64,000 nt of DNA from a virus, in the IMG/VR virus record IMGVR_UViG_3300049218_000295, positions 64,001-128,000 of that record. One strand, given 5' to 3'. The number at the start of each line of letters is the position of its first letter. Within the stretch, counting starts at the first letter, position 1. The position numbers and the translations under genes are program-made. The notes beneath the pieces were generated by a model, which saw only the letters and a list, made by a program, of their open reading frames with translations, did no database searches and was not told the DNA's origin. Below are positions 49,389 through 58,368 of this stretch, one piece after another.

Positions 49389-49672
49389 GGGTACGTGAGA
49401 AGAAAACTGGCGGCATCTACGAAGTTTACCCCCAGGGGCGACCTGAGGGCATTCGTTTCGTTTGTGCAACCAATTCTAAACTAGTGTTCAAATGGGAAGA
49501 ACTAGAAGCCTACATTGAAATTAAAAAACCTGCCAAGTCCGTCCAAAAGCACATCGGAGTGAAAATACCTATTGGTGCTTCGGCCTCCGTGAATTCAAGT
49601 TCTGAAGTTGCGACCCCGCGACGCGCAGTACAGCAAAATAGGTCAGCAAGGCTGGGCGGTAAGAAGATTTAG
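49385..49672 (+). CDS. hypothetical protein
   Basis: ATGA-coupled 95-aa ORF. Confidence 0.55.
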   Translation: MRVREKKTGGIYEVYPQGRPEGIRFVCATNSKLVFKWEELEAYIEIKKPAKSVQKHIGVKIPIGASASVNSSSEVATPRRAVQQNRSARLGGKKI

Positions 49673-49673
49673 T

Positions 49674-49750
49674 TGGTTGCGAGTGAAGGAATTGCGCCTT
49701 CCGTGATCTTGGTTATGAGCCAAGCAAGCCTCTTTTGCTCCATTCTCGCG
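49674..49750 (-). tRNA. tRNA-Met(CAT), initiator-like, atypical
   Basis: CGCGAG...CTCGCA-ACCA acceptor with C1:A72 mismatch; anticodon arm CTTGG-CTCATAA-CCAAG; T-arm GAAGG-CGCAATT-CCTTC. Confidence 0.75.
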
Positions 49751-49802
49751 TTAAATAAAGTAACATGGTGCTTACTTTTAGAAGAGATAAACGGGGGCAT
49801 TC

Positions 49803-50510
49803 ATGCGCAAAGTCAAAGTTACTCAGGAACAGATCAGGGAATTGGTAACAGCTTCTGAGGGCAACCCGGCTCTTGAAGAATTAGCTGGTGAATTACCTGG
49901 TTTGTCTCTTCGCATCACTAAGGATAAAGGCCAATTCAGCAAGAAGGGCGACATTCTAGAAGTTCAGCACTGCGAAGACAACAAAATTGACTTCCATTCT
50001 CCCTTTCGTTGCACTACCACCAACCCGGAAGTTGACAAGGATGATATCTGGCAACTTGACTGGATTATGGAAGGTCTCGGCAGCCAGAAGTATCTTGAAA
50101 TTGTGGATGAACCGCACAAAGCCGAGGAGCTTCTTGCTCTTTGGGAAGAAGCAGAGCAGCTCGAAGACGATGACAACGACGACTATGAAGAAGAAACTGC
50201 ATCTGTAATCGCTGCGTCTGGACCTTCTGAAGAGCAAAAAGAAGTTATGGAAGAAGTAGGTATGGATACCTCCGACCTCAAAATCATTGAAGGTAAGAAC
50301 TACAACCATCACGGGCAAGCCTATACCGATGGAAACTATTTAGCTTTTGTCGGAATGTCCTCGAAGGCGTGTGACAAGTTTCTTTACTACATGGGTGCTG
50401 AAAATGAAGCGGAGATAGTAGCCCTCTGGAAAGAGGTTGCTATTTATGAGGGCATCAGTGAAAGTCGATTGGAAGTGGACAGCGATGAAGAGGAAGATTC
50501 GGAAGACTAA
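49803..50510 (+). CDS. highly acidic hypothetical protein
   Basis: 235 aa with Asp/Glu tracts. Confidence 0.75.
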   Translation: MRKVKVTQEQIRELVTASEGNPALEELAGELPGLSLRITKDKGQFSKKGDILEVQHCEDNKIDFHSPFRCTTTNPEVDKDDIWQLDWIMEGLGSQKYLEIVDEPHKAEELLALWEEAEQLEDDDNDDYEEETASVIAASGPSEEQKEVMEEVGMDTSDLKIIEGKNYNHHGQAYTDGNYLAFVGMSSKACDKFLYYMGAENEAEIVALWKEVAIYEGISESRLEVDSDEEEDSED

Positions 50511-50515
50511 TCCTC

Positions 50516-52069
50516 ATGAAAACCACGGCCAATGAACAGCATTTTCAATCCGTCTATCTCGACCTTGGTGCCAAGGATTGGAAAAAGCGTATCGTTTTTC
50601 ATGACCCAGTTTATGAGCAGGAGACCCCCGGAGTTGTCGCCCTGAAATCGCTCCGTCTTGAAGAAACCTTTGGTTTTGTGGTCAGTGCACCAAAAGAGAC
50701 ACTAAAGCAGTACCGCGACAGAGTTAAAGCAATGGACAAGGACCTGGAACTGGGCAAACAGGACCCGGAAAAAATCCTTTCCAAGCTCCTTGAAACCGCC
50801 AAAAGCATGGGCATGACCCTTAACTACGTGCAAAGTGGTAAAGAAGGCGCTCCTGCGAAAGAAACGGCTCTCGATGATAAAGCTATTGCACACATCAATC
50901 GACTCTACGTTTCGAAAAAAGCACTTGCGATACCGGACCTTTCGGATACTGCCTGGACCCCAAGCAAAGTCCAAGACAAGCTCGTGCGAGTTCTGGAGCT
51001 TATCAATAAAGTCTTTCCAGCCGACAAATTTCTACATCAAACCGCTGAGAAAGAAGATGATGTTCCCATCGTCCGCGTGCTTACCGGCCCTCGCGATCCT
51101 TATACTGCGGAACGCATCGGTTCTTTAGCTTTCTTTTCTACGCAGCGTGGTATGGAGTGGTACACCAAACAATTTGGCTCGACCGACTTCAGGCCACACG
51201 AAGGTTGGGTATTTGTCACCTATTTCGATGACGCCAAAATGCTTGAAGAGCCTGTTGGCAAGCTCAATTTAAATGACTCCGATGAACACTGGTCCGATTA
51301 TCTCTGTGGCCTCTTTAATTTGACTGAGAAACTGCCTTGTGGATGTTTAAAGACTTGCCCTTGCGGCTGTGCCACTCTCGCAAACTGCCCCTGCAGTCCG
51401 TTAGCTAAAGCAAGCGTTGTTACTGCGGGCGTCGCGATGACTGCAAAAAGGCCCGACCCCCAAGTCACTCGTCAAATTCTGAACCATAACTGTGTTTGGA
51501 TTGGTCACGACTCTGGTCGCACACTTGCCATGCAGCCAATAGCCCAAACCAAGAAATTTCTGATTTATCGGGCCGGTGCAACAGCCACCGCTACGGCGTC
51601 CACAGACATTGACAAAAGACTCCGGAGATTGAAAGCAAGACAGGAAGGCCGACCGTACAATTACGCCGACCTTTTCGAGCGTGAACTTGCGGATCTCGAT
51701 GACCCAGATTTTCTACCAGCGGTCCGGGAGGCACGAGCCCGGCTCCGGTCCCTCGGCTTATCTTCTCGTCTAGTGCTCGACAAGATTGTTGCTGGACAAA
51801 ATGGTTATTCGGTAAGTCTGGTACTGGATGGCAAACTGCCCGAGCAGGTAATTACCACAGCCGGGTTCACGTCTATCCGTCCCGATTTCCATGAAACCGA
51901 GCTGAACGACCGAGCCAAACTATCTATTGCCTCACTGGATGGCTCGACCAGGGTATTCCTTAGTTATGAAACTGGGTTATCCCCATCCAAAGTTAGTGAA
52001 GCAGCGGTGGTCCGCCACTATTTCCGGAGCCTCAAAGGAGCCCTCCGGAAACCACGAGCACCGCATTAA
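50516..52069 (+). CDS. multi-segment hypothetical protein with internal Cys cluster
   Basis: 517 aa; CGCLKTCPCGCATLANCPC. Confidence 0.75.
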   Translation: MKTTANEQHFQSVYLDLGAKDWKKRIVFHDPVYEQETPGVVALKSLRLEETFGFVVSAPKETLKQYRDRVKAMDKDLELGKQDPEKILSKLLETAKSMGMTLNYVQSGKEGAPAKETALDDKAIAHINRLYVSKKALAIPDLSDTAWTPSKVQDKLVRVLELINKVFPADKFLHQTAEKEDDVPIVRVLTGPRDPYTAERIGSLAFFSTQRGMEWYTKQFGSTDFRPHEGWVFVTYFDDAKMLEEPVGKLNLNDSDEHWSDYLCGLFNLTEKLPCGCLKTCPCGCATLANCPCSPLAKASVVTAGVAMTAKRPDPQVTRQILNHNCVWIGHDSGRTLAMQPIAQTKKFLIYRAGATATATASTDIDKRLRRLKARQEGRPYNYADLFERELADLDDPDFLPAVREARARLRSLGLSSRLVLDKIVAGQNGYSVSLVLDGKLPEQVITTAGFTSIRPDFHETELNDRAKLSIASLDGSTRVFLSYETGLSPSKVSEAAVVRHYFRSLKGALRKPRAPH

Positions 52070-52163
52070 GACACCCACCCGCTACTTCAAGCCATTATAA
52101 AGGAAGAGCGGCTTCCCGTGTCTCCCGTTACCTATCTATCTCGGCTCACAGAGAAGCCTCTAC

Positions 52164-52192
52164 TTGACAAGTATCGTACACTGTGCTATAAT
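52164..52192 (+). promoter_or_regulatory. consensus sigma70 (early) promoter
   Basis: TTGACA-17 nt-TATAAT with TGTG extension. Confidence 0.9.
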
Positions 52193-52215
52193 AGAATTAC
52201 GAGGTACAAGGAAAC

Positions 52216-53316
52216 ATGAAAAAGCTGCAAGACCTGAAAAAAGCCCTGAACGAAGCCTGCCTGGAACGGTCCGACGTTATCGATGGCGCACTGACGGCGT
52301 TGGCCGCTCGTGAACATATGCTCATCATCGGCACCCCTGGTAGCGGAAAAAGCATGCTCTCCCGGTTGATTGCCAAGGCCACTCATGGCGAATATTTCGA
52401 GACGCTTTTTCACCCACTTATGAAGCCCGAGGAAATCTTTGGACCATTCTCTGCCAAGGGTATGCTCGAAGACAAGTTCGTTCGCAAAGTCGACGGCTAC
52501 CTCCCGACCGCTGATATCGCTTTCGGCGATGAAGTCTTCAAAGCATCAGTAAGTCTTCGCCAGACCGTGCTTGGTATCCTCAATGAGCGCCACTATAACA
52601 ACGGCGGCAAAACCTTGGCTTGCCCTCTCCGCACCTTTTTTGCAGCTTCGAACGAACTGCCGACTAGCCCCAACGACGCCGCTTTCTTTGACCGTTTAGC
52701 TCTGCGCTTTGAAGTCTCTCAAATCCAGGACGACGACAATGCTATCCTCCTTTTCACGGGTTTGCCCGAAGTCAAAATCCCAGACCTCAGCAAGGCTGAC
52801 CTCGCTCAGATTGACCAGGAAGTTCCACAAATCAAGATCACTAAAGACGTTGCCGACCTTCTAGTTGAAATCCGCCGCGAAGTCGCGAATGCTAATATCT
52901 TCGTTTCTGACCGCAAATGGCGGCAAGCAGCACGGTTGCTCCAAGCTGCAGCTTACCTCAATGGCAAGACCGAAGTGGAGCAGGACCACTTTGATATCCT
53001 GAACGCGGTTATCTGGAACACTCCGGACGAACGACCTCGCGCTCGCAAAATCATTGGTAAGCATGGCAACCCACTCGGTGAGAAGATTTTTGCCCTACAA
53101 GATGCCTTTGCCGAAATAGTCAGAAACATGAAACTTCCTAAAGGCGATGAAAACCACATCGAAATGGCAGAAGGTGTGACTAAGATGCGTGGCACGATGG
53201 AAAAGTTCTCTGAAATGAAGAAGGAACACCCAAAGAACGAAAAAGTGGCGCGGGCTTTCGAAATCTGCAAATCAGACTACAACAAGTATCTCACCAAACA
53301 TCTTGGCGTGAAATAA
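52216..53316 (+). CDS. MoxR/RavA-family AAA+ ATPase
   Basis: Walker A GTPGSGKS, EEIFGP, DEVFKA, ASNELP, DRLALR and SDRKW motifs. Confidence 0.9.
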   Translation: MKKLQDLKKALNEACLERSDVIDGALTALAAREHMLIIGTPGSGKSMLSRLIAKATHGEYFETLFHPLMKPEEIFGPFSAKGMLEDKFVRKVDGYLPTADIAFGDEVFKASVSLRQTVLGILNERHYNNGGKTLACPLRTFFAASNELPTSPNDAAFFDRLALRFEVSQIQDDDNAILLFTGLPEVKIPDLSKADLAQIDQEVPQIKITKDVADLLVEIRREVANANIFVSDRKWRQAARLLQAAAYLNGKTEVEQDHFDILNAVIWNTPDERPRARKIIGKHGNPLGEKIFALQDAFAEIVRNMKLPKGDENHIEMAEGVTKMRGTMEKFSEMKKEHPKNEKVARAFEICKSDYNKYLTKHLGVK

Positions 53317-53319
53317 GGA

Positions 53320-54162
53320 GTGACTATGACTAAGAGCGACCTTCCCATTATCGGCTGGCTAGTGAACTACAATACGACCACGAAATTCAGCATTAAGCGC
53401 GATGACTTACTCAAGCTCATGGCAAAACACGACATTCCTGGCAACATCGCCAAGAAGGTACTCGACCGCAATGCTGTCATTCGCTCGGTGCGCAATACTG
53501 CTAAAGGCATTCTCGGTAAGAAGCTACGTTTCATCGTCACTGATGAAAAAGACGTGATGGTCATGGCGATTGCGATGGTGGACTCGACAGCCAATAACGA
53601 TGCCAAAGTCAAGCAAGTTACCAAGGTGGTTTACGACAAGAAGACTACGGAATTGACAGTCGAGGGTGAACACCAAGATGCTATCAAGCAAGGCTATGAA
53701 AATGCCAAAGACAGCTACGAGTCGGACCAGTTTCGTTCCATCGTGCTCCGCTACCTCAAAAAGGAGTGCATGGCAGTCAACTACCTTGAAACCGGTAACA
53801 TCTACGTGGTGGCTACCGCGAAAGAGGACAAGCTCCAAAATATCGCCGCCCTATTCGAAGACCTTGGCAAAGACAACTGTGTTCTTCGCCGCAAAGAGGA
53901 GTACGACACCACTGCCAATCGCACCGTGATGTTGGACGTGGCAGTAGGGGAACTCCAGAAGGAAATCGAACACCACCGCAAGGATTTCGAAAACCAGGAA
54001 GACCTCACTGAGCGTGGTCTCGCCGCACGAGTTCGCAAGTATAAGGAAACCGAGCTTAAAGCCCACATGTGGGGTTCGGTTCTGCAGGAGAAGGTAGACA
54101 ACCTCGCCAAAGAACTGGATGGCCTGACTAAAGCGGTTCGCAAAAAGCTGATAGTGGAATAA
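53320..54162 (+). CDS. hypothetical protein of the AAA/VWA cluster (possibly DUF6744-like)
   Basis: 280 aa; IGWLVNY...GNIYVV; C-terminal coiled coil; gene context. Confidence 0.6.
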   Translation: MTMTKSDLPIIGWLVNYNTTTKFSIKRDDLLKLMAKHDIPGNIAKKVLDRNAVIRSVRNTAKGILGKKLRFIVTDEKDVMVMAIAMVDSTANNDAKVKQVTKVVYDKKTTELTVEGEHQDAIKQGYENAKDSYESDQFRSIVLRYLKKECMAVNYLETGNIYVVATAKEDKLQNIAALFEDLGKDNCVLRRKEEYDTTANRTVMLDVAVGELQKEIEHHRKDFENQEDLTERGLAARVRKYKETELKAHMWGSVLQEKVDNLAKELDGLTKAVRKKLIVE

Positions 54163-54171
54163 GGAGACAAT

Positions 54172-54375
54172 ATGCAAATCTCGATAATGCTCGATCTACT
54201 TGACTCTTGTGACCAAGAAAACGAACTCAAGGTTGCACATAAACTCGTCAGCGCGGAGTGCGAATTGGTGGCGAAACGAGACCCCGCAGCAATGAAGCCG
54301 CTCGAATACATCGCGTGCAGTTGGGCTTTCCGATATCTTTGCCATTCGGCTCTAAATTCTGGTATCAATCATTAG
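54172..54375 (+). CDS. hypothetical protein
   Basis: SD AAGGAG. Confidence 0.6.
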   Translation: MQISIMLDLLDSCDQENELKVAHKLVSAECELVAKRDPAAMKPLEYIACSWAFRYLCHSALNSGINH

Positions 54376-54382
54376 GAACAAT

Positions 54383-54571
54383 ATGAAAAAGTGGACCGCC
54401 CCGATAACTATCCAAGAACTAACAGACGAAGAGAAGCTGGAAGTCATCGACCAGTTGCTGAAGCACTCCGGGTTCTTTCTTGTGTCCGAAGAGGACCGAT
54501 CTTTACCCCGCGCCCGCAAAATCCTTTTGCTGCCGGAACCGCCCTTCTCCGGGGTTCCGGAGCGTGGTTGA
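54383..54571 (+). CDS. hypothetical protein
   Basis: SD AGGA; 62 aa. Confidence 0.55.
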   Translation: MKKWTAPITIQELTDEEKLEVIDQLLKHSGFFLVSEEDRSLPRARKILLLPEPPFSGVPERG

Positions 54572-54592
54572 GCCGGGTCAACCGGGACACAC

Positions 54593-54621
54593 TTGTGCAC
54601 CATAGCACAGTGTGCTATAAT
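54593..54621 (+). promoter_or_regulatory. sigma70-type promoter overlapped by a palindrome
   Basis: TTGTGC-17 nt-TATAAT; inverted repeat ATAGCACA-G-TGTGCTAT. Confidence 0.75.
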
Positions 54622-54627
54622 AGAAGT

Positions 54628-54894
54628 ATGAGTAAGCCAACAATAAGTTACCCACTCTATCTCTTCAAGAAGTCGGGCTCCGTGGTCGAACTGGTCGCGG
54701 ATTGGGCACCGAGGTTCGCAGGTAAGCCCGGTGCGGTTGTCAAGCGTTATGACACCGGCAAAGAAATGTTCGTCCTAAAGGAGGCGCTCGTGCCTCTCGT
54801 CCAGCTTTCGGCCTGCCATGGCGAGCTGGTCTGGGTCACCGACGACGCCGACCAAACCGAAATCACCGTTCCAAGTAGGAAGGTGTCCAAATGA
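54628..54894 (+). CDS. hypothetical protein, leaderless
   Basis: ATG 6 nt after TATAAT; MSKPTISYPLYLF... Confidence 0.65.
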   Translation: MSKPTISYPLYLFKKSGSVVELVADWAPRFAGKPGAVVKRYDTGKEMFVLKEALVPLVQLSACHGELVWVTDDADQTEITVPSRKVSK

Positions 54895-56291
54895 GCAAAT
54901 CTAAAGCCCCAAAGCCCCAGCCAACTATTGAACCCGCTATCGTTAAGGATGCTTATGACCAGATTTTGTATGACGGCGTCCGGGAGAACGCGGGCAACCT
55001 GCAGGACCTAGTCAAGAATGACCCCGACCGCGACATTTTGACATCCGACATTTTCAGCGCTTTATATAAGAGCAAACCCACGCTGCGCTCGGAGTCCCGT
55101 GGACTTTCGCGCAAACTCATGGAGACGATGATGGGCCTGCCGGAGTACCAGACACTCCGCGCACATACCAAGTTCGATGATATTACGTCCGCACTCGGAA
55201 CCATTAAGCTCGCCCCTCGGGTGCTAGAGTCCTATGAAGAAGCCCGCAAGAAAATGGAGCAAAAGCAGCAGGAACAAAAGGGACAAAACCCAGGCCCAGA
55301 TGGTAATGACCCTGAAAACCAAATTGATGACGACATCATGGACGGTCTGCGCCAGGGTATCCGTTCCGGCCTGAAAGCTGCACAGGAAAGTTCCGAAGAG
55401 TGGGGCGACGTCGCTAAAGGCTGGGGAGTCGGCAGAGACGAACTCGGCTCAGTTCCTACCGAAGCCAAGTTCGTGCTAGCAGAGAAACTCCTTAAATCGT
55501 CCAAGCTCCGGAAAATCGCCGATATGGCTGGGCGTCTGATCCAAGTAGCCAACGCTGCGGCAGCACAGACTCCGGTGCGCGGCATGGACGAAGTCACGGA
55601 TGTTATCACCGGTAGCGACCTGTCCGACATTTTGCCTTCCGAATGGCTTAAACTTAAAATGACTCCAGCGCTCTTTATGAAGGACCTCATGGAGGACAAC
55701 CTCATGATGTACAATTTGCGCGGCGTGGAAAATCAAGGCTACGGTCCAATCATCATGTGCCTGGACATTTCACCATCGATGCAAGGCGAACGCGAAGTAT
55801 TCGCTAAAGCCTTGGCCATAGCCCTCATGTTTATGGCGGAAAAGCAAAAGCGAGCATTCGGATTGGTGACTTTTGGTACTCAAGTGCACGAGACGATGTA
55901 CGTGCCAGCAGGCCAGAAGTCTTCTATCGAGAACAAGATGCAGATTGCGGAGATTGTCTGCAATGGTGGTGGCACTGATTTCTATGTCCCGCTTAAAGCA
56001 GCCTTTGTAATCCGCCAGCAAGAGAAAGCCCAACTCAATCCTGCTGATATTGTGTTCCTGACTGATGGCGAATGCGAGATGGACGAGGAACAGCACGAAG
56101 AGATCGCCGAACTCAAAAAGGAAACCTCGGTTCGCATCCAAGGGATTGCGATTTGCGATGGCAGTAGTGACGAAGTCTGTGAAGGCTCCACGCTTGAGCG
56201 GTTCTCGGATAACCTCGCCACCGTGGACAAGCTTGGTGAAGTTCACATGGTAAAGGGCATCCTGGCAAATGCGGCAGCAGGAAAGCGATAA
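54891..56291 (+). CDS. VWA domain protein, ViaA/CoxE-like partner of the MoxR ATPase
   Basis: GSDLSDILPSE, MIDAS DISPS, GGGTDF and FLTDG motifs. Confidence 0.9.
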   Translation: MSKSKAPKPQPTIEPAIVKDAYDQILYDGVRENAGNLQDLVKNDPDRDILTSDIFSALYKSKPTLRSESRGLSRKLMETMMGLPEYQTLRAHTKFDDITSALGTIKLAPRVLESYEEARKKMEQKQQEQKGQNPGPDGNDPENQIDDDIMDGLRQGIRSGLKAAQESSEEWGDVAKGWGVGRDELGSVPTEAKFVLAEKLLKSSKLRKIADMAGRLIQVANAAAAQTPVRGMDEVTDVITGSDLSDILPSEWLKLKMTPALFMKDLMEDNLMMYNLRGVENQGYGPIIMCLDISPSMQGEREVFAKALAIALMFMAEKQKRAFGLVTFGTQVHETMYVPAGQKSSIENKMQIAEIVCNGGGTDFYVPLKAAFVIRQQEKAQLNPADIVFLTDGECEMDEEQHEEIAELKKETSVRIQGIAICDGSSDEVCEGSTLERFSDNLATVDKLGEVHMVKGILANAAAGKR

Positions 56292-56332
56292 TGTTCGATT
56301 TCATCAAAAAGAACTCGTTTTGAGGAGAGGTT

Positions 56333-56524
56333 ATGCCCAAAACCAAAGAACCCGAAATCCCAATCCACAAACTATCGCCTCAACCCTTTCAAGACCAGGC
56401 CCTTGCTGACTGGAAACCAGGCAATGTCTGTGGTCAGAAGGGTCATGGTTCTTCGAGTTGGGACCATGTGAATTGCAAGGAGTGCAAAAGGCTCCGGCGT
56501 CGGGACCCCGCAGCGAAGACTTGA
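56333..56524 (+). CDS. small zinc-finger-like protein
   Basis: CGQKGH...CKEC; SD GGAGAGG. Confidence 0.55.
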   Translation: MPKTKEPEIPIHKLSPQPFQDQALADWKPGNVCGQKGHGSSSWDHVNCKECKRLRRRDPAAKT

Positions 56525-56550
56525 CAAATTGTACCATATTGTGCTACATT
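56521..56550 (+). promoter_or_regulatory. sigma70-type promoter
   Basis: TTGACA-18 nt-TACATT with TGTG extension. Confidence 0.7.
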
Positions 56551-56581
56551 CGGCATTCAACAGTCTTTAGGAGGACTACAC

Positions 56582-56965
56582 ATGTCGAATGAAAAACCGA
56601 CCGCCGTAGAGCGGAAGCAGCAGTCACGTGATTACGTAAACGCAATCGAAACGCTCCGCAAAGCCGAGAAGCTCACCATCGAAGCCGCTGCCAAAAAGGC
56701 AGGTAAAACGGTTACGGGCTATTACTACCATAAACGTGTAGCCGCTGGACAAAAGACCAAAACAGGCAAAACCATTAAAGTGAAAGCGACTCGCAAATAT
56801 CGCAGGACCAATACGTTGCCAGTCACTACCGGATTCACCGAACTCCCAGCAAATCTGCGCACGTCGACTACTGGAAATGGTAAAATGCTGCTTGCGGTCG
56901 CAGTGGGTGATGGTGCCGAAATCACCAAAGCACTTGAGACCACGCTTAATCGTTTCTTCAACTAA
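56582..56965 (+). CDS. basic HTH-like DNA-binding protein
   Basis: LTIEAAAKKAGKTVTGYYY; SD AGGAGG. Confidence 0.65.
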   Translation: MSNEKPTAVERKQQSRDYVNAIETLRKAEKLTIEAAAKKAGKTVTGYYYHKRVAAGQKTKTGKTIKVKATRKYRRTNTLPVTTGFTELPANLRTSTTGNGKMLLAVAVGDGAEITKALETTLNRFFN

Positions 56966-56975
56966 GGGGCACTAA

Positions 56976-57467
56976 ATGCAAAACGAACTGTTGAACTTTA
57001 AGGGCAAGGCTCGCAATGAGCGCGAGCAAGCTTATTACGATTCACTCCAAACTACCTACGCACAACCTCGCCGTGCCGATAACAGCTTGGTAGGCTATCA
57101 TGGTGAGTTCGACTTCCGACTTGGTATTGACGGCATCCGCGAGTTCTTTAAGAAGAAACGCATTTACATCGACAACGGCAAAAGGAAATTGGAGTTGGAT
57201 AACTTGGAACCAGGCGAATTTATTGCTCTGGTCAATCGCGACCAAACAGGTGTTAAGCTAGTTGGACGATCCAACATCGTCGTTTATCAGAAAACACCCA
57301 AGGGACAGAAATTGCACCCCGGAGCGATTGTGTTGATTCCGCGTTACTTCAATGGCAAGGAAATTGACCTGACTCGGGCACAGGAACAGGCAATCCGCGA
57401 GGACTTTGCCAAGTATCTATCGCGCCAATCGAAAAAAGTCAAGGAAATCGACCCAGAACTTCATTAA
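56976..57467 (+). CDS. hypothetical protein
   Basis: 163-aa ORF. Confidence 0.7.
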   Translation: MQNELLNFKGKARNEREQAYYDSLQTTYAQPRRADNSLVGYHGEFDFRLGIDGIREFFKKKRIYIDNGKRKLELDNLEPGEFIALVNRDQTGVKLVGRSNIVVYQKTPKGQKLHPGAIVLIPRYFNGKEIDLTRAQEQAIREDFAKYLSRQSKKVKEIDPELH

Positions 57468-57497
57468 TACACGCGGCAGCATCAGCTAAAAAACTGA

Positions 57498-58043
57498 ATG
57501 CTGCCTTATGTACTATCGAAGACTGGATGCCGGATTTATACACCCAAGAAGTACACGGACCATCGAGGATGGTTCATGGAAGTCTTGAAGGAAAGCACAA
57601 TTGATCTGCGATTTCAGCAGGTCAATCTTTCCTATTCAGACCCTGGTGTCGTGAGAGGTTTGCATTTCCAGACCAAGAACCCACAAGGCAAACTGATTGG
57701 GGTAATTGCTGGGCATGTAATCGACGTGGTAGTCGATTTACGAATCGGTTCTCCCACATACGGTATTCTGGAGTCTTTTGAACTGCGGGAAATGAACCAA
57801 ATGGTTTTCGTTCCTGAAGGGTTCGCGCATGGATTTTGGGCCGTAGACAAGAGCTATTTCTATTATCAATGCACCACGGAATACAACGCCGGGAGCGATG
57901 GTGGCATCAACCCGATGGATAACGATTTAGATTTGCCTTGGTCGGCCCATATAGGTAAGGGAGATCTTCTCGTTACTCCTAAAGACATTGCTCTCCCTTA
58001 CCTAAAGGATTTTGTTTCGCCGTTTATATACAACGGGTCATAG
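57498..58043 (+). CDS. rmlC: dTDP-4-dehydrorhamnose 3,5-epimerase
   Basis: DHRGWF, QVNLSYS, VRGLHFQ, QGKL, VVDLR and VPEGFAHGF motifs. Confidence 0.95.
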   Translation: MLPYVLSKTGCRIYTPKKYTDHRGWFMEVLKESTIDLRFQQVNLSYSDPGVVRGLHFQTKNPQGKLIGVIAGHVIDVVVDLRIGSPTYGILESFELREMNQMVFVPEGFAHGFWAVDKSYFYYQCTTEYNAGSDGGINPMDNDLDLPWSAHIGKGDLLVTPKDIALPYLKDFVSPFIYNGS

Positions 58044-58088
58044 CATATACTATCTTGACGCGTAAGGTATACTTATTTTCCTATCCGG

Positions 58089-58367
58089 ATGCTAGGATAT
58101 TTACGGCGGATTGCATCTAAAGTCTTCGCCCGCCCACCACTTGTTCCAGAAGTCGTGGCCTGGTATGGTATCCAGGCTTCGGCGGGTAAAAATCCGATTG
58201 GTTGGGTAGACCCCAGCCCCTATATTGACCGCGAACAGCTTTACTTGGAGGGACTTATTCCGTTGGAAGGACAGCAGTTATCAGAATTGAAACAGTACCC
58301 GGAGTTGGTGGCTCTACTACAGAGCCATGGAGAAAGCCAACTTCCCGACCGTCGCATTCTTATCTGA
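58089..58367 (+). CDS. small protein with a tail-collar-like fragment
   Basis: GLIPLEGQQLSELKQYPELVALL resembles the collar motif GxxxCDG...YPxLFxxI. Confidence 0.55.
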   Translation: MLGYLRRIASKVFARPPLVPEVVAWYGIQASAGKNPIGWVDPSPYIDREQLYLEGLIPLEGQQLSELKQYPELVALLQSHGESQLPDRRILI

Positions 58368-58368
58368 A

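Noticed and set aside
56291-56323. 10-codon ORF MFDFIKKNSF coupled to the VWA stop
   Set aside because: Too short to support without translation data.
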